A DNA stretch of 32,000 bases, taken from contig BBVC01000007.1 of the NCBI GenBank assembly GCA_001192655.1, positions 1 through 32,000 of the forward strand, read 5' to 3'. Source of the stretch: Caedimonas varicaedens (GTDB lineage: Bacteria > Pseudomonadota > Alphaproteobacteria > Caedimonadales > Caedimonadaceae). The notes beneath the pieces are model-generated. The model saw only the letters and a program-made list of their open reading frames with translations, did no database searches and was not told where the DNA came from. Of this stretch, positions 7,131 through 16,869 are shown piece after piece (the first letter of the stretch is position 1; each line of letters starts with the position of its first letter). Made by a program: the position numbers and the translations under genes.

Positions 7131-9056
7131 ATGCTGACACATTCCTATGATTTCGACCGCAACGGCCATCTGATTAACTATGATCCAACCAAGATTATCC
7201 TTAATTTTCCTACAGTAAAGAAGCAAAAAGAGCCTTATCGACAAGGAGTTGACCATCATCGGTCTAGGCCAAAAGTGAATCCTCAAGAGATCCAACTCGA
7301 TCCTGCACGCGATTCTTTACTGACTAATTTCGGAAAAGCAACATTAGATGACCGCTATCTCCTTAAAGGTGAAACTTACCAACAAATGTTTGCCCGTGTG
7401 GCTAGCGCCTATGCAGATGATAGGAACCACGCCCAGAGGCTCTATGATTATATGTCTCGTCTTTGGTTCATGCCTTCGACACCCATCCTTTCAAATGGTG
7501 GCGCAAAGCGGGGGTTACCTATTTCGTGCTTTCTAAATACAGTCAAAGATTCTCTAGACGGCATTGTATCGACCTGGAATGAAAATGTATTGTTAGCTTC
7601 CAACGGTGGAGGAATCGGCACTTATTGGGGTTTTGTGCGTGGGGTGGGTGAGCCGGTAGGGCGGGCAGGAAAAACTTCCGGCGTTATTCCCTTCATTCGC
7701 GTCATGGATTCTCTGACACTGGCTATTAGCCAAGGTTCTTTGCGACGTGGATCTGCTGCGGTCTATATAGATGTGCATCATGCAGAGATAGAAGAATTTT
7801 TAGAAATTCGGAAGCCTTCCGGTGATTTTAATCGTAAAAGCCTAAATCTGCATCACGGTATTAATCTGACTGACGAATTTATGGAAGCTGTACGCAATGA
7901 CAGGGAATTTCATCTGCGCAGCCCAAAAACGAATCAGATTATGCGCACTGTGAATGCGAGAGAGCTTTTCCAGAAGATTTTAGAAACACGTTTGCAAACG
8001 GGAGAGCCGTATCTGATTTTTATCGATACAGCAAATAAATTGATGCCGAAACATCTCCGTGAATTGGGTTTGAAGATCCATATGTCGAATTTGTGTAGCG
8101 AAATCTTGCTGCCTACAGGCCCTGATCAGTACGGCAAAGACCGAACGGCTATTTGTTGCCTCTCTTCACTCAACGCTGAAACGTGGGATAAGTGGCATAG
8201 TGACCCAATGATTATTGAAGATGTATTGCACTTTCTCGACAATGTTCTTCAAGAATTCATTGACACTGCACCTGACGGTATGGCGCGTGCCAAATATTCT
8301 GCTATGCGTGAGCGGTCGGTGGGTCTAGGGTTAATGGGATTCCATTCATTCTTGCAATCTAAAAACATACCATTTGAAAGTGTGATGGCGAAGTCCTGGA
8401 ACATAAAAATTTTTCGTCATATCCGGCGCTGTGCGGATGCTGCATCGGTCATTCTTGCTGAGGAACGAGGTGCTTGTCCAGATGCTCAAGAACGCGAAAT
8501 CAAGGCGCGGTTCAGCCATAAAATTGCCCTTGCGCCAACAGCGAGTATCAGCATTATTTGTGGTGGCACGTCAGCGTGTATCGAGCCTATACCGGCAAAT
8601 ATCTATAACCATAAAACACTTTCTGGCAACTACGCGGTCAAGAATATCTATCTGGAAAAGCTGTTAACAGAAAAGGGGATAGATAATGATTCTGTATGGC
8701 AATCTATCGTTGAGAACGAAGGATCTGTGCAACACTTGGAAGTTCTTTCTCAAGCTGAAAAAGACGTATTCAAAACTGCCTTTGAAATTGATCAGCGTTG
8801 GGTGATTGAGATGGCGGGAGACCGCGCGCCTTTTATTTGTCAGGGGCAATCCGTTAATCTCTTTTTGCCCACCGATATCGATAAATGGGACTTGTTGATG
8901 TTGCATTGGATGGCGTGGGAAAAAGGAGTGAAAAGCCTCTATTATTGTCGATCAAAGTCAATTCAACGTGCTGAATATACGGGTGGGGAAAGCATGGCGA
9001 AGAAAGCGATTCAAATCAAACGCACAGATTATGAGGAATGTTTGGCATGTCAATAA
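7131..9056 (+). CDS. nrdA: Class I ribonucleoside-diphosphate reductase alpha subunit (short form, no full ATP-cone)
   Basis: 641-aa ORF with an SD (agagg) 5 nt upstream. RNR large-subunit blocks are present: MPSTPILSNGG, LPISCFL, the SNLCSEI catalytic Cys loop, ALAPTASIS, and a C-terminal CxxC tail (ECLACQ). Confidence 0.9.
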   Translation: MLTHSYDFDRNGHLINYDPTKIILNFPTVKKQKEPYRQGVDHHRSRPKVNPQEIQLDPARDSLLTNFGKATLDDRYLLKGETYQQMFARVASAYADDRNHAQRLYDYMSRLWFMPSTPILSNGGAKRGLPISCFLNTVKDSLDGIVSTWNENVLLASNGGGIGTYWGFVRGVGEPVGRAGKTSGVIPFIRVMDSLTLAISQGSLRRGSAAVYIDVHHAEIEEFLEIRKPSGDFNRKSLNLHHGINLTDEFMEAVRNDREFHLRSPKTNQIMRTVNARELFQKILETRLQTGEPYLIFIDTANKLMPKHLRELGLKIHMSNLCSEILLPTGPDQYGKDRTAICCLSSLNAETWDKWHSDPMIIEDVLHFLDNVLQEFIDTAPDGMARAKYSAMRERSVGLGLMGFHSFLQSKNIPFESVMAKSWNIKIFRHIRRCADAASVILAEERGACPDAQEREIKARFSHKIALAPTASISIICGGTSACIEPIPANIYNHKTLSGNYAVKNIYLEKLLTEKGIDNDSVWQSIVENEGSVQHLEVLSQAEKDVFKTAFEIDQRWVIEMAGDRAPFICQGQSVNLFLPTDIDKWDLLMLHWMAWEKGVKSLYYCRSKSIQRAEYTGGESMAKKAIQIKRTDYEECLACQ

Positions 9057-10135
9057 ATTACGAGAGAGAAAACCCTTTAGATTTGCAAGGAAAAGGTTTA
9101 ATCGGCCTTCTTGAAACATCCGGCAGTTATAATGTGGATCGTTACCCTTGGGCGTACTCAGCTTGGAAACGTCAGCAGCAGATTCACTGGCTGGGAGAAG
9201 AAGTACCGCTGGGAGAGGATGTCAAAGATTGGAACGGTCATAATCTTACCCAGAGCGAGCGTAATCTTCTCACTCAAATTTTTCGTTTCTTCACGCAGTC
9301 AGATGTGGAAGTAAGCGATAATTATTTCAAGCGCTATATTCCTATTTTTCAGCCACTAGAAATACAAATGATGATGGCAGCATTTACCAATATGGAAACA
9401 GTGCATATCGACGCCTATGCATTGCTCCTCAAAACCATAGGAATGCCACAAACCGAATTTCAAGCGTTTCGAGAGTATACTTCCATGCGCGCCAAAGTGG
9501 ATTATATGCATAGCTTTGGCACTGCGACCTGTGCCGATGTGGCGCGTACGCTGGCGATGTTTGGTGCCTTTACGGAAGGTATGTCGTTGTTTGCGAGCTT
9601 TGCTATGCTGATGAATTTTCCTCGTTTTAATAAAATGAAAGGGATGGGGCAAATTGTTTCATGGTCAGTACGAGATGAATCGCTGCATTGCGAGAGCATT
9701 ATCCGCCTTTATCACGAATGGCAAAATGAAACCGGGGCAGTTACGAAATCAATAGCCGATGATATCATCGATATAGGTAAAACAATGGTAGAATTAGAGG
9801 ATAAATTTATAGAGCTTGCCTTCGAGTTGGGTGAGATAGAAGGTATGATGCCACAAGATATTCAAGCGTACGTGCGTTACATTACTGACTGGCGACTAAC
9901 ACAGCTTAAGCTCACGCCCATTTACGGCTATTTTACCGGTACAGCAGGGAAATATAAGAAAACTAAGGAACACCCTTTACCTTGGCTGACTGTTATGCTC
10001 AATGGCGTAGAACATGCCAATTTCTTTGAGGCGCGTGCGACGGAATATTCCAAAGCTGCAACAAAAGGTGAATGGTACGGCGAAAGAGGCGCATGGGGAA
10101 TGTTTGACACTATTCGAACGAAAAATACAGCCTAG
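9038..10135 (+). CDS. nrdB: Class Ia ribonucleotide reductase beta subunit (diiron-tyrosyl radical R2)
   Basis: Metal ligand pattern: D in QSDVEV; E-x-x-H in METVHIDAY with the radical Tyr four residues after the His; E in FTEGMSLF; E-x-x-H in RDESLH. The ORF overlaps the nrdA stop. The true start may be the second ATG at 9047, which has better spacing to GAGGA. Confidence 0.9.
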   Translation: MFGMSINYERENPLDLQGKGLIGLLETSGSYNVDRYPWAYSAWKRQQQIHWLGEEVPLGEDVKDWNGHNLTQSERNLLTQIFRFFTQSDVEVSDNYFKRYIPIFQPLEIQMMMAAFTNMETVHIDAYALLLKTIGMPQTEFQAFREYTSMRAKVDYMHSFGTATCADVARTLAMFGAFTEGMSLFASFAMLMNFPRFNKMKGMGQIVSWSVRDESLHCESIIRLYHEWQNETGAVTKSIADDIIDIGKTMVELEDKFIELAFELGEIEGMMPQDIQAYVRYITDWRLTQLKLTPIYGYFTGTAGKYKKTKEHPLPWLTVMLNGVEHANFFEARATEYSKAATKGEWYGERGAWGMFDTIRTKNTA

Positions 10136-10198
10136 GAGCTTGTCGGGATTGTGTCAGTAGCACGTTGATATGACCGAGTCATATATATAGCACTCGAG

Positions 10199-10870
10199 TT
10201 AATGATCTTGCAACCCTTTAGAAGCTGTTTTCATCATCCCATCAAGAAAAAACCAAAGTAATTTGGCGCCTTCTTGCGCTCCATACATCACACGTTGCTG
10301 GTCTTCTGGATTGCGTTGCTCTATCAATTTTAGTATTTCAGTGCGATGCCATTCATCTGTGCTCATGTGAACGTTAAAAAACTGAAAAGTTTGTTCATCT
10401 TGCAGGTTGTAATGATTTTTTAATCCTTCAATTTTTGATCTCGATATTTCTGGGGTCTGACGTTCATAAGCATAAATAGCCCCTAGACCGGTTCCATCAT
10501 TTAACCTAACCAGATGAAAGTAACCTTCTACAAGATCACGTGTCGTTGAGAGATGAGAACTGTTGACACATTCTTCTCTTGTAACACCTAAACCATTAGC
10601 AAAGCGTAACCATAGTTCAGGATGGTTTTCTTCGCCCTGTTCTTCTTCAATTAGGTTTTCCAGTAAGACTTGTCTCGTTTTGATATCTGAACATAGGGAA
10701 TGCAAACTGCTGAGATAGCGTGGAAAAGCGGCTACGTGATGATAATATTCCTGCGCATAGATTCTGAGTGTATCCATGGTCAGTTTACCTTCGCTCCAAG
10801 CTTGATAAAAGGGATGTTTTAAAAGATGTAAAGCATCCAATTGCAAATGAAGAACATCACTAAATTTCAT
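10199..10870 (-). CDS. CADD / CT610-like heme-oxygenase-like diiron (Fe/Mn) oxidase (PqqC/TenA-fold), putative self-sacrificing p-aminobenzoate synthase
   Basis: The 223-aa ORF aligns by eye along its length with Chlamydia CT610 as I remember it. HPFYQAWSEGKLT...YAQEYYHHVAAFPRYLS...LLENLIEEEQGEENHPELW resembles HTFYVKWSKGELT...YAKDYYLHIKAFPKYLS...LLDNLMDEENGYPNHIDLW. The ligand spacing H-x3-D-x2-H (HMSTDEWH) is conserved. Confidence 0.7.
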   Translation of the reverse strand: MKFSDVLHLQLDALHLLKHPFYQAWSEGKLTMDTLRIYAQEYYHHVAAFPRYLSSLHSLCSDIKTRQVLLENLIEEEQGEENHPELWLRFANGLGVTREECVNSSHLSTTRDLVEGYFHLVRLNDGTGLGAIYAYERQTPEISRSKIEGLKNHYNLQDEQTFQFFNVHMSTDEWHRTEILKLIEQRNPEDQQRVMYGAQEGAKLLWFFLDGMMKTASKGLQDH

Positions 10871-11017
10871 GAGTCAATCCTTTCTATTTTTTATGTTTAC
10901 CTTCTATTCATCTGTGTTGCCTGCGATTTGTTAGCGCCGGAGGTAAAATGATACAGATCATCGGTTGAATTTTGATACACCCACGCATTAACTCCTTTTC
11001 AAAGGAGTTTAGGAATA

Positions 11018-12852
<1,835 letters not shown>

Positions 12853-12980
12853 ACCCTTATTTTTTTATCTCAGGTGTATCAATTTTCATCCGAGGATTTT
12901 TAAAAATCTGTATCAAATTTCAGCCGATGTTGACATCTGATGAGACATTGACAATTTCTCCTAGGGTTGTTGATGTTTAG

Positions 12981-13002
12981 TGGCGGTGGGGTGTTCAAGC
13001 AC
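12981..13002 (-). repeat. Degenerate copy of the tRNA-Ser 3' end (candidate distal att site of the integrase islet)
   Basis: tggcggtgggg (12981-12991) matches the tRNA-Ser 3' end tggcggagggg (16870-16880) at 10 of 11 positions, in the same orientation. A TTCAAG T-loop-like remnant follows. It lies just beyond the last islet gene. Confidence 0.35.
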
Positions 13003-13257
13003 TTCCTCCGTCACGCCTGTATCATGCAGGCTTTTAAAGCATATGATCGTCCAACCCAACATGCAAGGCAAAAAGGTGGCGATTGTCTCCATTTTTTGTT
13101 CAATCTCTGAAATGAGGTAGGCTCTGATTTTTTATGGTGCTCTTTTTCAGAAAAAACAAACGATTTTGAAAAAAATAAGAGAATGCCAATCAACACGAAA
13201 CGTAAGAGTATAGATGGGTTGGGTAGATCGCTTGACTAAATTCTTCCTCTATTATCC

Positions 13258-13689
13258 TCACTCAGGATAAAAATTCTCATCCATAATTTGCTCAAAAGTG
13301 TAGGGACAGCCAGTGGGAAAGTTTTTTGCTGGCAAATTTGTTTCTCTCGCAGCTTTAGAAATAGAAACCCTATAAGCATCTTCTAAAATCTCTGTCATCT
13401 TGCTTTTCAGGCTGGGGTTTTTTCTCAAGTGTATTTTAGCCTGATCTCTCTGTTCTCTGATTGTATAGATCCAGCTATGACCTCTCATGGTTGGTTGAAA
13501 TTGCCATTTAAGAAGATGTGTGAGAACAAGGGTGAGACGATTAATCATTTGTGTTTCATTGCTACTCACCATGTCTTCAAGCTCCTCAATGAGATGATCA
13601 AAATCTACTTCGCTCATTTTTTTATCCCTTAAAAGTTGTGCTGTATGAACAGTCCATCCGTAGTTGTCTTCATCATGTTTAGGAATCAT
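13258..13689 (-). CDS. DUF29 family protein (paralogue 1)
   Basis: 143 aa. DUF29 hallmarks as I recall the family: N-terminal D-x-YGW...AQLLR, EELE acidic helix, HLLKWQFQP, NPSLK, and the C-terminal FPxxCPYTFEQIM...FYPE. Confidence 0.85.
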   Translation of the reverse strand: MIPKHDEDNYGWTVHTAQLLRDKKMSEVDFDHLIEELEDMVSSNETQMINRLTLVLTHLLKWQFQPTMRGHSWIYTIREQRDQAKIHLRKNPSLKSKMTEILEDAYRVSISKAARETNLPAKNFPTGCPYTFEQIMDENFYPE

Positions 13690-13698
13690 TTGTCTGCC

Positions 13699-14130
13699 TC
13701 ATTCTGGGTAAAAGTTGTCATTCATAATTTGATCAAAAGTATAGGGACATTCGGTGGGAAAGTTTTTTGCTGGCAAATTTGTTTCTCTTGCTGCTTTATC
13801 AAGCGCTACATTGTACGATCGAGTTATCATTTCATTTAATTTACTTTTGAGGCTAGGATTATCTTCCAGGTAGTACTTAGCTTGCTTTCTGTGTTCTCTT
13901 ATGGTGTAGATCCAACTATGTCCTCTCATGGTTGGTTGAAATTGCCATTTAAGAAGATGTGTGAGAACGAGAGCAAGGCGGCTAATCATGGCATGTTTAT
14001 TACTAATCCCCATTTCTTCAAGCTCCTCGATAAGTCCGTCAAAATCTACTTCGTTCATTTTCTTATCCCTTAAAAGTTGCGCTGTGTGAACAGCCCACCC
14101 GTAGTTGTCTTCATCATGTTTAGGAATCAT
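13699..14130 (-). CDS. DUF29 family protein (paralogue 2; tandem duplicate of paralogue 1 with a 441-bp period)
   Basis: 143 aa, with 111 of 143 residues identical to paralogue 1 by hand alignment. The gap to paralogue 1 is 9 nt, with GAGG spanning the stop codon. Confidence 0.85.
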   Translation of the reverse strand: MIPKHDEDNYGWAVHTAQLLRDKKMNEVDFDGLIEELEEMGISNKHAMISRLALVLTHLLKWQFQPTMRGHSWIYTIREHRKQAKYYLEDNPSLKSKLNEMITRSYNVALDKAARETNLPAKNFPTECPYTFDQIMNDNFYPE

Positions 14131-14139
14131 TTATCTGCC

Positions 14140-14565
14140 TCATTCTGGGTAAAAGGTGTCATTCATAATTTGATCAAAAGTATAGGGACATTGGGCTGGC
14201 AAATCTTCGTGTCCCATTGCCCGTTGAGCTCTGTAAAGGGAAGTTCGATAACAATCTTTGATAGAATCCTGTATATTGTCTTTCAACGTTTTGTTATCTT
14301 CTAACTCGTGTTGTAAGTCGAGTCTCAATAAGCTCATTGCCCCTTTCCACTCACGACCTCTCCAATAAGGCTGAAATTGCCAGAGAAGAAGATAAAATAT
14401 GAGAGATTTTAAATGGTACTCCACATATTTTTTCTGATTCCATGCAAGAGAAAGAATTTCTTCTTCCAGCATGGGTAGATCAAGCTCTTCAAATCGCTTT
14501 GTCGCTAAAAGCTCTGCCTGCTCTTTAACCCATCCGTAATAATCAGTTTCGTACCTGGAACTCAT
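14140..14565 (-). CDS. DUF29 family protein (paralogue 3, divergent)
   Basis: 141 aa. It keeps YYGW, LWQFQP and the C-terminal CPYTFDQIMNDTFYPE but diverges elsewhere. Its start lies 2 nt after the RelE stop, with the SD (GAGGAA) formed by the last RelE codons. Confidence 0.8.
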   Translation of the reverse strand: MSSRYETDYYGWVKEQAELLATKRFEELDLPMLEEEILSLAWNQKKYVEYHLKSLIFYLLLWQFQPYWRGREWKGAMSLLRLDLQHELEDNKTLKDNIQDSIKDCYRTSLYRAQRAMGHEDLPAQCPYTFDQIMNDTFYPE

Positions 14566-14567
14566 TT

Positions 14568-14852
14568 TTATTCCTCATACACTTCTTTTCTGTGTCCTAC
14601 GTTCAAGACGATAACAATAAGCTTGTGATCTATAATCTCACAAACGAGGCGATAATCGTTAAATCTGAGTTTCCATAACCCTACCTTATCTCCTCTAAGG
14701 GGCCTAACTTTTGTGAGGGGTTTGGCCTCATCAGAAGGAGTAGACCAAGAAGCAACAACAATCTTTAAGCGTTGAGTGATATTTTTAGCAACAAAAGGAT
14801 CAAGCTTATTGAGCTGCTTTTTGGCTTTCTTATTCCATTCAATGCTCCACAT
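14568..14852 (-). CDS. Type II toxin, RelE/ParE (StbE-like) family
   Basis: 94 aa. WSIEWNKKAKKQLNKLD...LRGDKVGLWKLRFNDYRLVCEI...LIVIVLNVGHRKEVY matches the RelE/StbE fold signature. It overlaps the upstream antitoxin by 14 nt. Confidence 0.85.
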   Translation of the reverse strand: MWSIEWNKKAKKQLNKLDPFVAKNITQRLKIVVASWSTPSDEAKPLTKVRPLRGDKVGLWKLRFNDYRLVCEIIDHKLIVIVLNVGHRKEVYEE

Positions 14853-15075
14853 GAGTCTCTCTCAATTCTTGTTCTACTTCTTCCATGCTATAAGTTTTTT
14901 TCTCACCAGATATCTCCATTTCTTTTAAAGCTTCCAAACCATCGCGTGTATCCTCCATATCTTCCATAAGTTCAAAAAAAGCTTTTTTGATCAGAGAGGT
15001 TTCGTCTTCCCCAATTTCTTTGGCAAGCTCATGAAATCTTGACTCCAGTTTTTCTGAAACATTAATCGTTAACAT
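14839..15075 (-). CDS. Ribbon-helix-helix (CopG/RelB-like) type II antitoxin
   Basis: 78 aa. N-terminal RHH pattern (LTINVSEKLESRFHELAKEIGEDETSLIKKAF). The acidic C-terminal part (DTRDGLEALKEM...KTYSMEEVEQEL) is typical of RelE-partner antitoxins. GAGGAG SD upstream. Confidence 0.75.
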   Translation of the reverse strand: MLTINVSEKLESRFHELAKEIGEDETSLIKKAFFELMEDMEDTRDGLEALKEMEISGEKKTYSMEEVEQELRETHVEH

Positions 15076-15108
15076 TGTTTCTTCTCCTCATTCTCTTATT
15101 CATTTCTC

Positions 15109-15540
15109 TCATTCAGGGTAAAATTCATCATCCATGATCTGCTCAAACGTATACGGACATTCGGTGGGAAAGTTTTTCTTATATACACCTGTTTCTTCAA
15201 TAGCACCTTCTAATGCGTCCTTATAAGCATCTTTGATGTATTCGGGAATGGTAGGCTTTAAACTTGGATTGTCCTTGATAACAGCTGAGAGTGCCTTTCT
15301 TTGATTCCTGATGCTATTCTTCCAACTTCTACATTGTAGATCGGGTTGATATTTCCATTTAAGGAGATGTTTCAAAAGCTGTTCCATCCTAGAATGAATT
15401 TCACGCTTTTCTGATGCCCCCATACTTTCAAGCTCCTCTATCAAATGTTCAATATCCAGTTCATTAAATTTACGTTGACGCAGCAACTCAGCTTCCGCCA
15501 TCGTCCATCCGTAAAAATCGTCATCATGTTTAGGGTTCAT
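15109..15540 (-). CDS. DUF29 family protein (paralogue 4)
   Basis: 143 aa. FYGW, LIEELESMG, HLLKWKYQP, NPSLK and FPTECPYTFEQIMDDEFYPE are present. It starts 39 nt downstream of the integrase stop. Confidence 0.85.
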   Translation of the reverse strand: MNPKHDDDFYGWTMAEAELLRQRKFNELDIEHLIEELESMGASEKREIHSRMEQLLKHLLKWKYQPDLQCRSWKNSIRNQRKALSAVIKDNPSLKPTIPEYIKDAYKDALEGAIEETGVYKKNFPTECPYTFEQIMDDEFYPE

Positions 15541-15579
15541 TGTTATTCCTTTCTCAAAAGTCCTCTCAAATCGATTGTT

Positions 15580-16749
15580 TCATCCAAATACCTCTGCAAC
15601 TTTATTGGTTGCCTTCTTCAAATGTTCTAACTCTAAATGAGCATAGCGTGTTGTTGTGGCTATATTCTTGTGTCCCAGCAGCTTTGAGACCGTATAAAGA
15701 TCAACGCCTTTTTTAAGGGCGAAGCTGGCAAAAGAATGACGAAGGTCATGGATACGGACATCGGGGATGCCAGCAAGGTGACGAACCTTATGCCATGTTG
15801 TTTCTATTTTACTCAGATGTGATCCAGGTGTTTTGCCATGAAATACATAAAGATTAGCAGAATCTTTTTTAAGATTCTTTAACAAATCAATAGCCTTGCT
15901 ATTCAGGGGAAAAGTTTTAGCTCCCGTTTTACTATCTTGGAGATGGATGTAGCCTTCTTCCATAAAAACGTCGCTCCACTTTAATGTTAAAATTTCTCCA
16001 CAGCGGCAACCTGTGTAAAGCAACATACGAATGGCTGCAATGGTATAAGGAGAAGAGTGGGATATTTTTTCTTGTTCTGATAAAATGCGCTCTAACCGCT
16101 CGTATTCTTCTTTTGAGAGGAATCGTTCCATTTTTTTATCAGGGGATTTTTCTACCCCCTGGCAGGGATTCGTATTTTTCTCTCTATAACCCCATTTTTC
16201 TGCTTGATTGAAAGCAGTGCTGAGGAGAATGAGACATTTATTGCAGTTTCCGCGTGCATGCTTCATAGAACTCACAAAGCTGATCACATCATCTTGGATG
16301 ATAGCACCTATCTTCTTTTTTCCAAAGAATGGAAGGATATACTTGTTAATTCTATGTTCATCTCTATGAATAGTGCTGGGCTTATGTTTTTCTAATATGT
16401 ATTTTTGTCTGAATATCTCAAAGAAATCCTCAAAAGACAGAAAATGTTGCTCTTTAATTTGGAGAGCTTTCTTTTGCTCTTTAGGATCAAGACCATTGAC
16501 AATATCCGTAGACAAGTTTTTGGCTTTCTTCCGGGCTACATCTGCAGAAATGTTTCCATGAATTCCTATCTTGAGATAGGAATATTTTCGTGTGAGGGGG
16601 GATGTATAAAAAAATACATACGTCTTATAACCTGTGGGTAGAATACGACATCCAAAGCCTTTAACCTCATCATCCCAAACAATATAGTCTTTTTGTTTTG
16701 TTAAACTGGCATCTATCAGCTTATTCGTTAACTTTGGCATCATTAACAC
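15580..16749 (-). CDS. int: Tyrosine recombinase, P4-like phage/island integrase with an N-terminal DUF4102-type arm-binding domain
   Basis: 389 aa. The N-terminus (KDYIVWDDEVKGFGCRILPTGYKTYVFFY) is DUF4102-like. Catalytic residues: R in LLYTGCRCGE, HDLRHSFAS, and LLGHKNIATTTRYAH. It lies 120 nt from the 3' end of tRNA-Ser. Confidence 0.9.
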   Translation of the reverse strand: MLMMPKLTNKLIDASLTKQKDYIVWDDEVKGFGCRILPTGYKTYVFFYTSPLTRKYSYLKIGIHGNISADVARKKAKNLSTDIVNGLDPKEQKKALQIKEQHFLSFEDFFEIFRQKYILEKHKPSTIHRDEHRINKYILPFFGKKKIGAIIQDDVISFVSSMKHARGNCNKCLILLSTAFNQAEKWGYREKNTNPCQGVEKSPDKKMERFLSKEEYERLERILSEQEKISHSSPYTIAAIRMLLYTGCRCGEILTLKWSDVFMEEGYIHLQDSKTGAKTFPLNSKAIDLLKNLKKDSANLYVFHGKTPGSHLSKIETTWHKVRHLAGIPDVRIHDLRHSFASFALKKGVDLYTVSKLLGHKNIATTTRYAHLELEHLKKATNKVAEVFG

Positions 16750-16869
16750 TCATTCAAACATGTTAGAGCAATGTTAGTGCTTAATGGCTTTTAATGTCAA
16801 CTTTATTATTTTAATAGGGTATTATAAAAAAACTATCAATCACCTAAAATCAGCATAAAATAAGACATT

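Noticed and set aside
9038-10135. Possibility that NrdB is a radical-less class Ic (Chlamydia-type Mn/Fe) R2, given the CADD-like neighbour
   Set aside because: The residue four positions after the first E-x-x-H His is Tyr (METVHIDAY), not Phe, so a conventional tyrosyl-radical R2 is the better call.
10136-10198. Possible bidirectional terminator between convergent nrdB and the CADD-like gene (atatgac-cga-gtcatat)
   Set aside because: The stem is only 7 AT-rich base pairs with a 3-nt loop and no flanking T-tract. That is too weak to call.
13011-13196. 61-aa ORF between the IS21 end and DUF29-1
   Set aside because: No SD and no recognisable motif. It lies in a low-complexity, AT-rich stretch overlapping the candidate att-remnant region, so it is probably non-coding.
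13258-14565. The regular spacing of about 440 bp with short conserved junctions could be a CRISPR-like or integron cassette array
   Set aside because: The repeat unit is the coding sequence itself. The junctions are only 9 nt, with no attC-like imperfect palindromes. The adjacent recombinase is a P4-type integrase, not IntI. No short repeat/spacer alternation is present.
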